A stretch of 61,182 bases of DNA from a virus (lineage: Duplodnaviria; Caudoviricetes), in IMG/VR virus record IMGVR_UViG_3300030389_003077, positions 1-61,182 of that record; one strand, 5' to 3'. Below are positions 19,365 to 27,040 of the stretch, piece by piece. Every line of letters starts with the position of its first letter. The first letter of the stretch is position 1. The position numbers and the translations under genes were made by a program. The notes below the pieces were generated by a model that saw only the letters and a list, made by a program, of their open reading frames with translations, had not been told where the DNA came from and searched no databases.

Positions 19365-19741
19365 GATTTGTCAGAATACTTCTTTTGATTCTCACTCTTT
19401 AGCCTTCTACACTCATCACATCGACACCCTTTTCTATAAGCTGTTAGTGAAGGACAAGGTTTACCCTGTCTATTCCTAGCAGCACTATAGTTGCAACTTT
19501 TGTGAGAGAAAGCAATATTATTAATATCAAAAAATAAACCCTTTGGATCTTCTGAATGAAGCCAAGGGGTTTTGTGTTCTATAGTGAAATCGTCACCACA
19601 ATCTATTTCTGCACCACACTGATAACACCAGTTTAAGTCCAGTCTTTTAGCAAACTCAAATAAAAGGTTTTTCTTAAGTCTGTTTGAAGCAGTACTAGGA
19701 TCCATTCCTAGCTGTTGTTTTTTAGTGTTTTTAATAGTCAT
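19361..19741 (-). CDS. HNH endonuclease-like zinc-binding protein
   Basis: CYQC...TIEH...SHKSCN plus C-terminal CRCDEC. Confidence 0.75.
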   Translation of the reverse strand: MTIKNTKKQQLGMDPSTASNRLKKNLLFEFAKRLDLNWCYQCGAEIDCGDDFTIEHKTPWLHSEDPKGLFFDINNIAFSHKSCNYSAARNRQGKPCPSLTAYRKGCRCDECRRLKSENQKKYSDKS

Positions 19742-19853
19742 TGTTAGACGTTATACTTATAACGTTTCCTAAAGGATCTTGACAAACTACAATACATAAA
19801 TCCTCAACCCAAAAAACACTATATATCATATCTAATGCTTTGCTATAAATCAT
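19731..19853 (-). CDS. Small hypothetical protein (40 aa)
   Basis: MIYSKALDMIYSVFWVED...; start overlaps upstream stop (ATGA); below ORF-track cutoff. Confidence 0.4.
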   Translation of the reverse strand: MIYSKALDMIYSVFWVEDLCIVVCQDPLGNVISITSNNDY

Positions 19854-19963
19854 TTCTTTAATTTATTTAACGTTCCATATACATAAGTATCTTGAAGCTT
19901 TTTATTTTTAGGAAACTTCTTCTTTGCTCTTTTGTATAACTTTTTCTTTAAAGCCTTAGGCAT
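19850..19963 (-). CDS. Small basic protein (37 aa)
   Basis: MPKALKKKLYKRAKKKFPKNKKLQDTYVYGTLNKLKK; coupled to both neighbours. Confidence 0.6.
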   Translation of the reverse strand: MPKALKKKLYKRAKKKFPKNKKLQDTYVYGTLNKLKK

Positions 19964-20249
19964 TTCTACTTCTTCTTATAGACTCTTTACCACGCTTAAA
20001 TATACTAGCAACCTCACTTTTACCCATAACTTTAGCACGCTGCTCACCTACAGTCAATATCTGTATCTTTCTAGCGTATGGTTTACTAATACGTTTTACT
20101 TTGGCTACAGTTGCTCTAGCGTCTGCAGGAGTTGCAAACTTAATACTAACAGTATCTTTAGGGTTTTCATCCGTATATAGTCGTCTACCAGAACCCTTAG
20201 GCTTTTTACCAGTACCAACCTTAGGATCTCTCTTTATTGCTTTAGGCAT
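19956..20249 (-). CDS. Basic phage protein
   Basis: Likely start ATG 20249 (MPKAIKRDPKVGTGKKPK); RRLYTDENPKDTV motif. Confidence 0.65.
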   Translation of the reverse strand: MPKAIKRDPKVGTGKKPKGSGRRLYTDENPKDTVSIKFATPADARATVAKVKRISKPYARKIQILTVGEQRAKVMGKSEVASIFKRGKESIRRSRNA

Positions 20250-20415
20250 CTCTATGTTGTTCTTGAATCTCGAACTTAGCTGTAAGACTAGCTCCAGCAT
20301 GAGGAACGAAAGCACCCTTGTGACGCATCAAAGTATATCTGTTTACACCTTTACGCATCCAGTGAAACCCCTGAGGAGCTCTAACACTTTTTGTTTTTCT
20401 AACTGATTTAGGCAT
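20242..20415 (-). CDS. Small basic phage protein
   Basis: Likely start ATG 20415 (MPKSVRK...APQGFHWM). Confidence 0.6.
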   Translation of the reverse strand: MPKSVRKTKSVRAPQGFHWMRKGVNRYTLMRHKGAFVPHAGASLTAKFEIQEQHRDA

Positions 20416-20839
20416 ATTGTGATTTTTTGCTAAGATAAAAAAATTCTGAGAAGTAAAAAAGGTTGGGGTTATATATGTATGCAGGGGTCCACGCGCACAT
20501 GCCGAAACGCAAATCCAAAAACGGGGTACCCAAACCAAAATCGTATACATAAAATACAAATGTCGTTTTCTATTTCCGTCCATGAGACTAACTATCTCTG
20601 ACTATCTACTATAAACCTACGGACTAATCGAAACATTCTCTTATATAGTACCTAAGCCACCTTAAAGGAGACGTATCTCAGTTACTATTGTGAGCAAGTA
20701 CTAGGGAGGGAGGGCATAATATCCCACATTATACCACTATTCCCCACACCCTACAATTATGTATCAAAAAAGTTTACACCTTGAACTCCTTAATACAAGT
20801 CCGATTAAAGAACTACTTGTGACATTTGTTGTAAAAAAA

Positions 20840-20872
20840 TTTGACACGTATTGTTTTTTATTCTTATCTTTG
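20840..20872 (+). promoter_or_regulatory. Consensus Bacteroidota promoter (-33 TTTG, -7 TATCTTTG)
   Basis: TTTG 20840-20843, 21-nt spacer, TATCTTTG 20865-20872. Confidence 0.8.
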
Positions 20873-20877
20873 TTCCC

Positions 20878-21689
20878 AACAATGATTCAATATCGTTGTC
20901 GTTCTTTACATACTGATTCAGACTCGCTATAACGCAGGAAGCCGATACAAGAGCAGTTGAGAATATCCTCTCAAGTATCAATAGGTTAGTAAGCAAGAGT
21001 CTGACTACCAAGTTCCCACGAGAGATAGCATCAAAGGGTTGTTGAGGTAGCACATCAGAATAGACCTTTAGCTTGATTGAGGGTCGTGAGTCTTAGTAAC
21101 GATACATAGCAGTAGCATTGCCTACCCAAGTGTATTAGAGCAATAATTCAATCAGCGTTTGTCAGTAGCGAATCAACTGAACGGAAACCACTGCCGACAA
21201 CTAGGTGGACTTGGATAGACCAATAGGCTATCATCAAGTTAGGTAAAGCACCATAGGGCAATCCAATAAGATTGCATACCGATTAATATGGGAAGTCTAT
21301 CAGAGGGGACACCGATGATATGTACTGAGTAATGTAGCAGTATGTTGATAGGTGTGAGAGTTAGTGACAGATACTCTGAAGTAAGATAGACACCACGCCA
21401 ATGGTTTGTTAGACAGACCAAGTAGGGCGTGTTTAATACTACTAAAAAACTAACTGATTTGATGGGACAATGCAAGGGCTACTCGCAGTAGCTTAATATG
21501 GTGGTGCTTGAGCCTACCTTGCAGAATCTCTTTACGGGAATGTACTGGTTGCCCAAATAAATATGATAGGGGCGTACATGTTTGAACGAGAGTAATCGGT
21601 TGTTAATCCTTATGTTCAGGTATGAGACGACTAACGCTGCAGATGAGCAGGAAGTTAACATAGTGGTTCGATTCCACTAATTCCCACTA
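20878..21689 (+). ncRNA. Large ornate structured ncRNA (~810 nt; GOLLD-like size/class, family unconfirmed)
   Basis: No credible ORF, raised GC, many local and long-range helices including crossing ones, AGUA/GAA loop-E motifs, tRNA-like 3' domain. Confidence 0.78.
20880..20915 (+). promoter_or_regulatory. boxB-like hairpin plus boxA-like antitermination element
   Basis: CAATGAT/ATCGTTG hairpin then GTTCTTTACATACTG, resembling rRNA-leader boxA. Confidence 0.55.
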
Positions 21690-21705
21690 ACTAAACAATT
21701 ACATT

Positions 21706-21873
21706 ATGTTGATTTTACCAATGTACACAGAGCAAGAAAGAGAAGAAATGAAGCCATATCTTGACCAATTAATCCAATGGTTAGATAAAAACGAACACTT
21801 AAAGGATACTGAAGAATACAAGCTTAAATATTCAGAAGCAGAAGGTGTTTATGAAACAATTTACGATTTGTAA
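21706..21873 (+). CDS. Early hypothetical protein (55 aa)
   Basis: MLILPMYTEQEREEMKPYLD...; first ORF after the ncRNA; below track cutoff. Confidence 0.6.
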   Translation: MLILPMYTEQEREEMKPYLDQLIQWLDKNEHLKDTEEYKLKYSEAEGVYETIYDL

Positions 21874-21909
21874 ACCCAAACAAATAGAAACTCTTAAAAT
21901 TATATAACA

Positions 21910-22107
21910 ATGGCAAAGAAAGAAGAAGACTACTTTTATAATGAGTATGGCGAAAGGGTAAGCTTCAATGATTCCCTAAAACCTTATCTTGAGAAAGCAA
22001 GAAAAAGACAACAAGAGGAAGACTCTTGGAATAGGTTTGTAAGAAAACAAGATGAGAAAGAAAAAAATAGAAAGCGTAAACTAAACAATACGAAGAATAA
22101 AGGTTAA
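21910..22107 (+). CDS. Early hypothetical protein
   Basis: 65 aa, A-rich leader; stop codon lies inside hammerhead stem I. Confidence 0.65.
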   Translation: MAKKEEDYFYNEYGERVSFNDSLKPYLEKARKRQQEEDSWNRFVRKQDEKEKNRKRKLNNTKNKG

Positions 22108-22157
22108 CTGATGAGGATTTAATATCCGAAACCTTGTCTTAGGGCAAGGTCTTAACC
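22102..22157 (+). ncRNA. Type I hammerhead ribozyme
   Basis: GGTTAA-CTGATGA-GGAT/ATCC-GAAA-CCTTGTC/GGCAAGG-TC-TTAACC: complete core, three stems, GUC cleavage triplet (cut after 22151). Confidence 0.92.
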
Positions 22158-22171
22158 AAACATTAGAAATT

Positions 22172-22432
22172 ATGAAATCAAAAAACAAATTAGAGTTACT
22201 AAAAGAATTAATAGAGGCTACTGAAGTTTATTCTAAAAAAGTAGAAAGTTTAATTAATACAAAAGAACAAGTCGGTAGTGAGTTTGATGACATCATCTTA
22301 CAACCAAATCAAGACAGACGTTATCAAACCAGCATGAGAATAGAGTTAATGTTTTTACTTAAAAGATTAAAAGTTCAAAATTGGGATTTCATTAATAGTC
22401 AGATGATGATTGAAATAGAAAATGCTAAATAA
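22172..22432 (+). CDS. Early hypothetical protein
   Basis: TAGAAATTATG leader. Confidence 0.7.
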   Translation: MKSKNKLELLKELIEATEVYSKKVESLINTKEQVGSEFDDIILQPNQDRRYQTSMRIELMFLLKRLKVQNWDFINSQMMIEIENAK

Positions 22433-22445
22433 AAAAATAGAAACT

Positions 22446-22823
22446 ATGGAAACTATGTTTAAACAAGAGAAACAACTAAGAGTACTAGCCAAGTGGCTAA
22501 AAGAATCAGATGACGGCATAGATGCTTATACTGACGGAGATATGGAAAGAGCAGTTAAGTATGGTGTACAAGAATGTATGCATAAAATAGGCGACTACCT
22601 TGAAGAAATATTAGATATGAATGATGAACAATTAATTAAAGAGATGGAAACAACTAACAAACAATCAAAATATATCGTTTGGGTAGGTGGTATACCTAAT
22701 CACTTTGACAACTTATTAGATGCCCAAGTACATAAAAAAGAATGGGAAGATGAGGGCTATGATGATGTAGTAATTGAAGCAATATTTAAAGTTAATGGTA
22801 ACGAACATCATTTATTCTGTTAA
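22446..22823 (+). CDS. Early hypothetical protein
   Basis: Start moved to TAGAAACTATG at 22446; C-terminal YIVWVGG...GYDDV motif. Confidence 0.7.
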   Translation: METMFKQEKQLRVLAKWLKESDDGIDAYTDGDMERAVKYGVQECMHKIGDYLEEILDMNDEQLIKEMETTNKQSKYIVWVGGIPNHFDNLLDAQVHKKEWEDEGYDDVVIEAIFKVNGNEHHLFC

Positions 22824-22848
22824 ACTCTAACATTTTACACTAGAAACT

Positions 22849-23055
22849 ATGGAAATAAAATTTGAAAAGTACAGACAAAACTTAACACAAGTAGGTAACA
22901 ACATTTATAGCTACGATACAAGAGTAGCTAGTATAAATGGTAAACAATTAATCCAATATAAAAATCCACTTAGAATAAATGGTCGTTGGTCAACTACAAC
23001 ACAAAAGCATATCAATTATGTGGCTAACTACTACAACCTTAACCTTAAAAAATAG
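22849..23055 (+). CDS. Early hypothetical protein
   Basis: TAGAAACTATG leader; YSYDTRVA...WSTTTQKHIN motif. Confidence 0.75.
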   Translation: MEIKFEKYRQNLTQVGNNIYSYDTRVASINGKQLIQYKNPLRINGRWSTTTQKHINYVANYYNLNLKK

Positions 23056-23060
23056 AAACT

Positions 23061-23315
23061 ATGAATTATAAAAAACAAATAGCAGAAGAAATGTACAACG
23101 AGATATGGGATATATTCAATAATTATGGTGGGTATGACTACAACGATACCATGTGGTGTCAAGCACAAGGCTCATCTGACGCTTTTGAACAAACAATAGA
23201 AGATGGAAATTGGGAGGCGTTAGTTAGAGAGTACGAGTCTGTCTTAAAATACATGAGACACATTAAGAAGATATTAATATTACAAAATAGTATACCACCA
23301 CAAGTATATTGCTAA
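23061..23315 (+). CDS. Early hypothetical protein
   Basis: TAGAAACTATG leader. Confidence 0.7.
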   Translation: MNYKKQIAEEMYNEIWDIFNNYGGYDYNDTMWCQAQGSSDAFEQTIEDGNWEALVREYESVLKYMRHIKKILILQNSIPPQVYC

Positions 23316-23340
23316 ACATTAACCTAAACAATTAGAAACT

Positions 23341-23553
23341 ATGGGAAGTTACACTACAATAGGCTACTTGCAATCTAAGATGATTCGTATGCCTTTAAAC
23401 CTTAATCAAACTTGGAATGAAGATATAAACAACTGCCAAACATCTCAAGAGATTATGGACTACATTAAATTATTTGGTACTAAAGATGAGTATTGGAGAC
23501 TACTCCATGCTATTGGTACAATGGAAATACTAAACTTAGAACTAAACAAATAG
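23341..23553 (+). CDS. Early hypothetical protein
   Basis: TAGAAACTATG leader. Confidence 0.7.
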   Translation: MGSYTTIGYLQSKMIRMPLNLNQTWNEDINNCQTSQEIMDYIKLFGTKDEYWRLLHAIGTMEILNLELNK

Positions 23554-23828
23554 AAACTATGGAAAAAATTACAAACTTTCAAAAATTAAATAGATTATCT
23601 TGCAAATTCGACATGTATTGCAATGCTACTTTAGACGATACTTGTAACAATCTTTTCAGAAAAGAATATACTGAGATAATGTTAATACGAGATACTAAGT
23701 CAAATGAATTAATCCCAAATACAAATCCATCAGATGAACAAGTGAAACGTATGCAAGATATAAACAAAGTATGTAAAGCAATAGTTCAACAAGTTAAATA
23801 CAATCTAAACAAATAGAAACTATGGAAA
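23542..23828 (+). repeat. 24-bp direct repeat CTAAACAAATAGAAACTATGGAAA (23542-23565, 23805-23828)
   Basis: Two identical copies, each spanning a stop codon, leader and start codon. Confidence 0.9.
23559..23816 (+). CDS. Early hypothetical protein
   Basis: Start moved to 23559 (leader motif); flanked by a 24-bp direct repeat. Confidence 0.7.
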   Translation: MEKITNFQKLNRLSCKFDMYCNATLDDTCNNLFRKEYTEIMLIRDTKSNELIPNTNPSDEQVKRMQDINKVCKAIVQQVKYNLNK

Positions 23829-24088
23829 TAAACGAAGAAAAATTATTTAGCGTAATGGAAGATATTACAAGAGAGCAGTACGATAACCTTTCAGATGGCG
23901 AGACATTAAAACTATCTGAGGAAGTCTCAATGTACAAATACGACCACAACTATGAAACTATGAGTGTGTATGATGATGATGAAGATGATGCACCAACACA
24001 TTGTGTAATACAATACAATGGAGAGGATATATTCGTAGTGCAAACTAACGAAGATTCACTTGAGTTTACAGATATATACGGACTATAA
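23822..24088 (+). CDS. Early acidic hypothetical protein
   Basis: Leader motif; very D/E-rich (YDDDEDD). Confidence 0.7.
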   Translation: MEINEEKLFSVMEDITREQYDNLSDGETLKLSEEVSMYKYDHNYETMSVYDDDEDDAPTHCVIQYNGEDIFVVQTNEDSLEFTDIYGL

Positions 24089-24099
24089 AAACTAAAACT

Positions 24100-24309
24100 A
24101 TGTTAGTAGAATTATCGAATGATGAAATTAGAGGGATTCTTTATGCTATTGAGAAATCAGAAGCAAAAGAATTAATTAGTAAACTAAACCTTTGCAACAA
24201 TTCTGTATCAAAAGGATTATATAGTGCAGAGTATAAGTTAAGAAAACTAAGAACAAAATTAAACAAAGAAGAATATCACGCTAAAAACAATCCAAACTAT
24301 ATTTTATAA
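24100..24309 (+). CDS. Early hypothetical protein
   Basis: TAAAACTATG leader. Confidence 0.65.
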   Translation: MLVELSNDEIRGILYAIEKSEAKELISKLNLCNNSVSKGLYSAEYKLRKLRTKLNKEEYHAKNNPNYIL

Positions 24310-24313
24310 AACT

Positions 24314-24466
24314 ATGAGACAACAACCATTAGATAATCAAACAGAAATTCTACTACCTCACTACGAGGTGGTAGAGATTCCACTATCATATATCAAATCA
24401 GAATTGCTGGTAGATTTTTGTGGGTACGAAACACTATTAGAAAACTTTTTAACTAACTTAAACTAA
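24314..24466 (+). CDS. Early hypothetical protein (50 aa)
   Basis: TAAAACTATG leader; MRQQPLDNQTEILL...; below track cutoff. Confidence 0.55.
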   Translation: MRQQPLDNQTEILLPHYEVVEIPLSYIKSELLVDFCGYETLLENFLTNLN

Positions 24467-24478
24467 ACTAATAAAATT

Positions 24479-24847
24479 ATGGACTATCAAAAAGAAGCAC
24501 ACAATAAACTTGTTCAACTTTACCAAGACAAAGCCATAGAATGCGACAGACTTGAATCAGAAATGAAGCAATTGAAGAACAAGTCAAGAAATATGAGTGT
24601 TGAATTGAAATTGTACAAAGCACTTGCAACTGATGGTGCAATCTATGTCAATTCATGGTCAATTGATTGTGATGGTGTTGAATCTTATTCTTCAGGTATT
24701 TACAATTCAATTGAAGAATATTATCAAGGAGAAAAAGAATTTGCTGAATCTGTTGAAGGCTCTTGTTCTTGGGAAATTGTTTCAAAAGAAGATGCAAGAC
24801 CACAAGAAGAATGTGGTACTTACGGACAAGGGTGGGGAATAAAATAA
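24479..24847 (+). CDS. Early hypothetical protein
   Basis: TAAAATTATG leader; coiled coil plus WSIDCDG domain. Confidence 0.7.
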   Translation: MDYQKEAHNKLVQLYQDKAIECDRLESEMKQLKNKSRNMSVELKLYKALATDGAIYVNSWSIDCDGVESYSSGIYNSIEEYYQGEKEFAESVEGSCSWEIVSKEDARPQEECGTYGQGWGIK

Positions 24848-24874
24848 AGCATAGTATGGGCGTAACACAAAAGA

Positions 24875-25051
24875 TTGTAACAAAGCGATTCTTGTATCCT
24901 TTAAGATGCCATCGACATCGAGTCTACCAAAACATGAGGTCTACATACGACTGCGATGCGATTAGGCATGGATTGATTTTTTATAAATGTTTTCTTTGAA
25001 AACGTTTGTAAACAAATGAATCTTGCTACAAGTAGAATTGCGAAGTTACAA
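24875..25051 (+). ncRNA. Putative structured intergenic RNA element (~180 nt)
   Basis: Closing stems TTGTAAC/GTTACAA and GCGATTCT/AGAATTGC enclosing two long hairpins. Confidence 0.55.
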
Positions 25052-25107
25052 GAAATATTTTATTAAATCAAGTAATTAGAAAAAATTAACAATTAAAGAA
25101 TAAAACT

Positions 25108-25449
25108 ATGGCAAATCAAACACACATTAATCTATTAAAGATGCACTCTAAGTATGTTAAAGAACAAGAAACATACAAAGAAGAAGCCGAAAAAAAGATT
25201 GAAAAATTAGAAAAAGAAATAAATAATTTAGAGGCTAGTAATTGGAGTTTAATTCAACAAAAGGGTACTTGGCAAAGACAATTTGAAGACCTTGAGTTAT
25301 ATCTTGTAAGTAAACATGGGTATGATGAGGTTGAGAAAATGACTGATGAAGCCTATGAATTAACGAGACAAAATCAGGATATAAGATATAAAATGGGTAT
25401 GCCACATTACAAGATAGTATATGTGCCACGAAAAACAACTAAAAAATAA
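25108..25449 (+). CDS. Early coiled-coil protein
   Basis: TAAAACTATG leader. Confidence 0.7.
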   Translation: MANQTHINLLKMHSKYVKEQETYKEEAEKKIEKLEKEINNLEASNWSLIQQKGTWQRQFEDLELYLVSKHGYDEVEKMTDEAYELTRQNQDIRYKMGMPHYKIVYVPRKTTKK

Positions 25450-25454
25450 AAATT

Positions 25455-25706
25455 ATGAAATTAGATCAGATTAGATTTTGGATAAAAGATAAGTCTTGTG
25501 GTGGGTACATCAAAGTAGACTGCGTTAAAAGAGATGAGGGTGGTTATGAGATTACATATTGGTCTAACAATATGATAGATAGAAGTAACGCTACCTTCAT
25601 ATACCCTAAAGCACATTACATGAGTCCGACTACAATAATTAGAATTATTAAGTGGGATGAGCCTCTTTACAACCGACTGAAAGGTGTGCCAGAAAAAGTA
25701 TTGTAA
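25455..25706 (+). CDS. Early hypothetical protein
   Basis: TAAAATTATG leader. Confidence 0.65.
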   Translation: MKLDQIRFWIKDKSCGGYIKVDCVKRDEGGYEITYWSNNMIDRSNATFIYPKAHYMSPTTIIRIIKWDEPLYNRLKGVPEKVL

Positions 25707-25780
25707 AATAAATTTGCACATGTAAAATATTTTTACTATACTTGCAAAGTGAAATGTTAATAACCATTAAACTAAAAGCT

Positions 25781-26014
25781 ATGGTAAAGTATTTAAGTCA
25801 AGAAGAAATGAAAAGATTAACTCCATCTCAAATAAAACGTTATGAGCTTAGTATTCGTTGGAACTCGCACCCTCAAATAGAGAAGTATTGGGTAGATGAA
25901 AATGGTTTTATTATAATAAAAACATATAGATATTATAGTCAAATTGGTAGAAGAGGTGGAGAAACTCATTTAAGATTTACCGAAGAATATTTAAAAGAAG
26001 TTAAAAATAAATAA
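25781..26014 (+). CDS. Hypothetical protein
   Basis: Start moved to ATG 25781 after AACCATTAAACTAAAAGCT; promoter-like TATACTTG just upstream. Confidence 0.65.
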   Translation: MVKYLSQEEMKRLTPSQIKRYELSIRWNSHPQIEKYWVDENGFIIIKTYRYYSQIGRRGGETHLRFTEEYLKEVKNK

Positions 26015-26031
26015 TCTAAAATATTTAAGCT

Positions 26032-26310
26032 ATGAAAAGTGAATTGACTGAAAGATTAATGAATCATCTTGACAATATGCAAGAGTGTAATATGAAAATA
26101 TCAGATATAAACAATCTGATCGAAAAGAATGGGTACACAAAAAAGTATGTAGATTTACTGGTGGACTTTAATGTTATCAAGACAAAGATACAATTTCAAA
26201 TAGAGGATACTCAAAGAGGCTTAGAGATAATAAATAAAAGCATAGAGCATAGGTTTGAATTAACAGAAGAATCTATAAAAGATATTACTGAAGTAATTAG
26301 GGAGTCATAA
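26032..26310 (+). CDS. Hypothetical protein
   Basis: 92 aa helical ORF in operon. Confidence 0.65.
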   Translation: MKSELTERLMNHLDNMQECNMKISDINNLIEKNGYTKKYVDLLVDFNVIKTKIQFQIEDTQRGLEIINKSIEHRFELTEESIKDITEVIRES

Positions 26311-26351
26311 TTTCCCGTCCGAACTTAAATAACAACCATTAAACTAAAACT

Positions 26352-26564
26352 ATGAATACACAAACAACTCTACAAGAGGGTAAAGACTACGAGGTAGTAG
26401 TTGATGCCTACGTTACTAACGAAGATTTAGAAGTTAATAGTATAATGTATCATTGCAGAAAGACAATGAGTGCAGTAGACATTACTGACTTTATGTATGA
26501 ATATCTAAATACAGAATCTGTAAACGACATGGAACAAACTATCATTAACAACGCAAAAGACTAA
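26352..26564 (+). CDS. Hypothetical protein
   Basis: AACCATTAAACTAAAACTATG leader. Confidence 0.7.
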   Translation: MNTQTTLQEGKDYEVVVDAYVTNEDLEVNSIMYHCRKTMSAVDITDFMYEYLNTESVNDMEQTIINNAKD

Positions 26565-26568
26565 CACT

Positions 26569-26754
26569 ATGATTACTATTGGTGGTAAAAAAGAAATGGA
26601 ATTAAGAATACAAGTAACAAAAATGAGTAAGTCAGAAATGATTGAATTAAGAGATGAATTAGAAAATAATTGGAATGAATCTCTTAGACCTTTAATGGAT
26701 GTTTTATCATTAGGCTGTTGGAGAAAATTTAAAACAGCATTAAGTAAACTATAA
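26569..26754 (+). CDS. Hypothetical protein
   Basis: 61 aa, in operon. Confidence 0.6.
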   Translation: MITIGGKKEMELRIQVTKMSKSEMIELRDELENNWNESLRPLMDVLSLGCWRKFKTALSKL

Positions 26755-26767
26755 ACAACTAAAAACA

Positions 26768-27040
26768 ATGAAAGAAAATAACAAACTTATAGCAGAATTT
26801 ATGGACTTAAGGTCTACAGGTCTGAGTATTTACAAACCAAGTGAATATAAATACCACACCTCTTGGGATTGGCTTATGCCTGTAATAGAGAAGTGTTTAG
26901 TAGGGGAAGCAGAACAAAGTGAAGAAATATCTAACACTACAATTAAAAATATTTACGAGGGTATATGTAATCAAGACATATCATTTGCGTACAAATCAGT
27001 AGTAGAATTTATTAAAGATTATAACAATGGGGAAAACTAA
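26768..27040 (+). CDS. NKLIAEFM/SWDW family paralog 1
   Basis: Motifs NKLIAEFM, YHTSWDWLMPVIEK, VVEFIKDYN. Confidence 0.8.
   Translation: MKENNKLIAEFMDLRSTGLSIYKPSEYKYHTSWDWLMPVIEKCLVGEAEQSEEISNTTIKNIYEGICNQDISFAYKSVVEFIKDYNNGEN

Noticed and set aside
20805-21661. Minus-strand ORFs 20805..21053, 21239..21475, 21479..21661
   Set aside because: Atypical composition, no leader motif, antisense to a promoter-driven structured RNA; treated as spurious.
21536-21689. Canonical tRNA or tmRNA gene
   Set aside because: Has acceptor- and T-arm-like parts and a tmRNA-like 5' start, but at ~150 nt it is too long for tRNA and too short for tmRNA, with no anticodon arm, no G3.U70, no tag ORF and CTA rather than CCA.
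24624-24999. ORFs 24624..24842 and 24763..24999
   Set aside because: Overlap a better ORF in other frames and the structured element; no leader motif.
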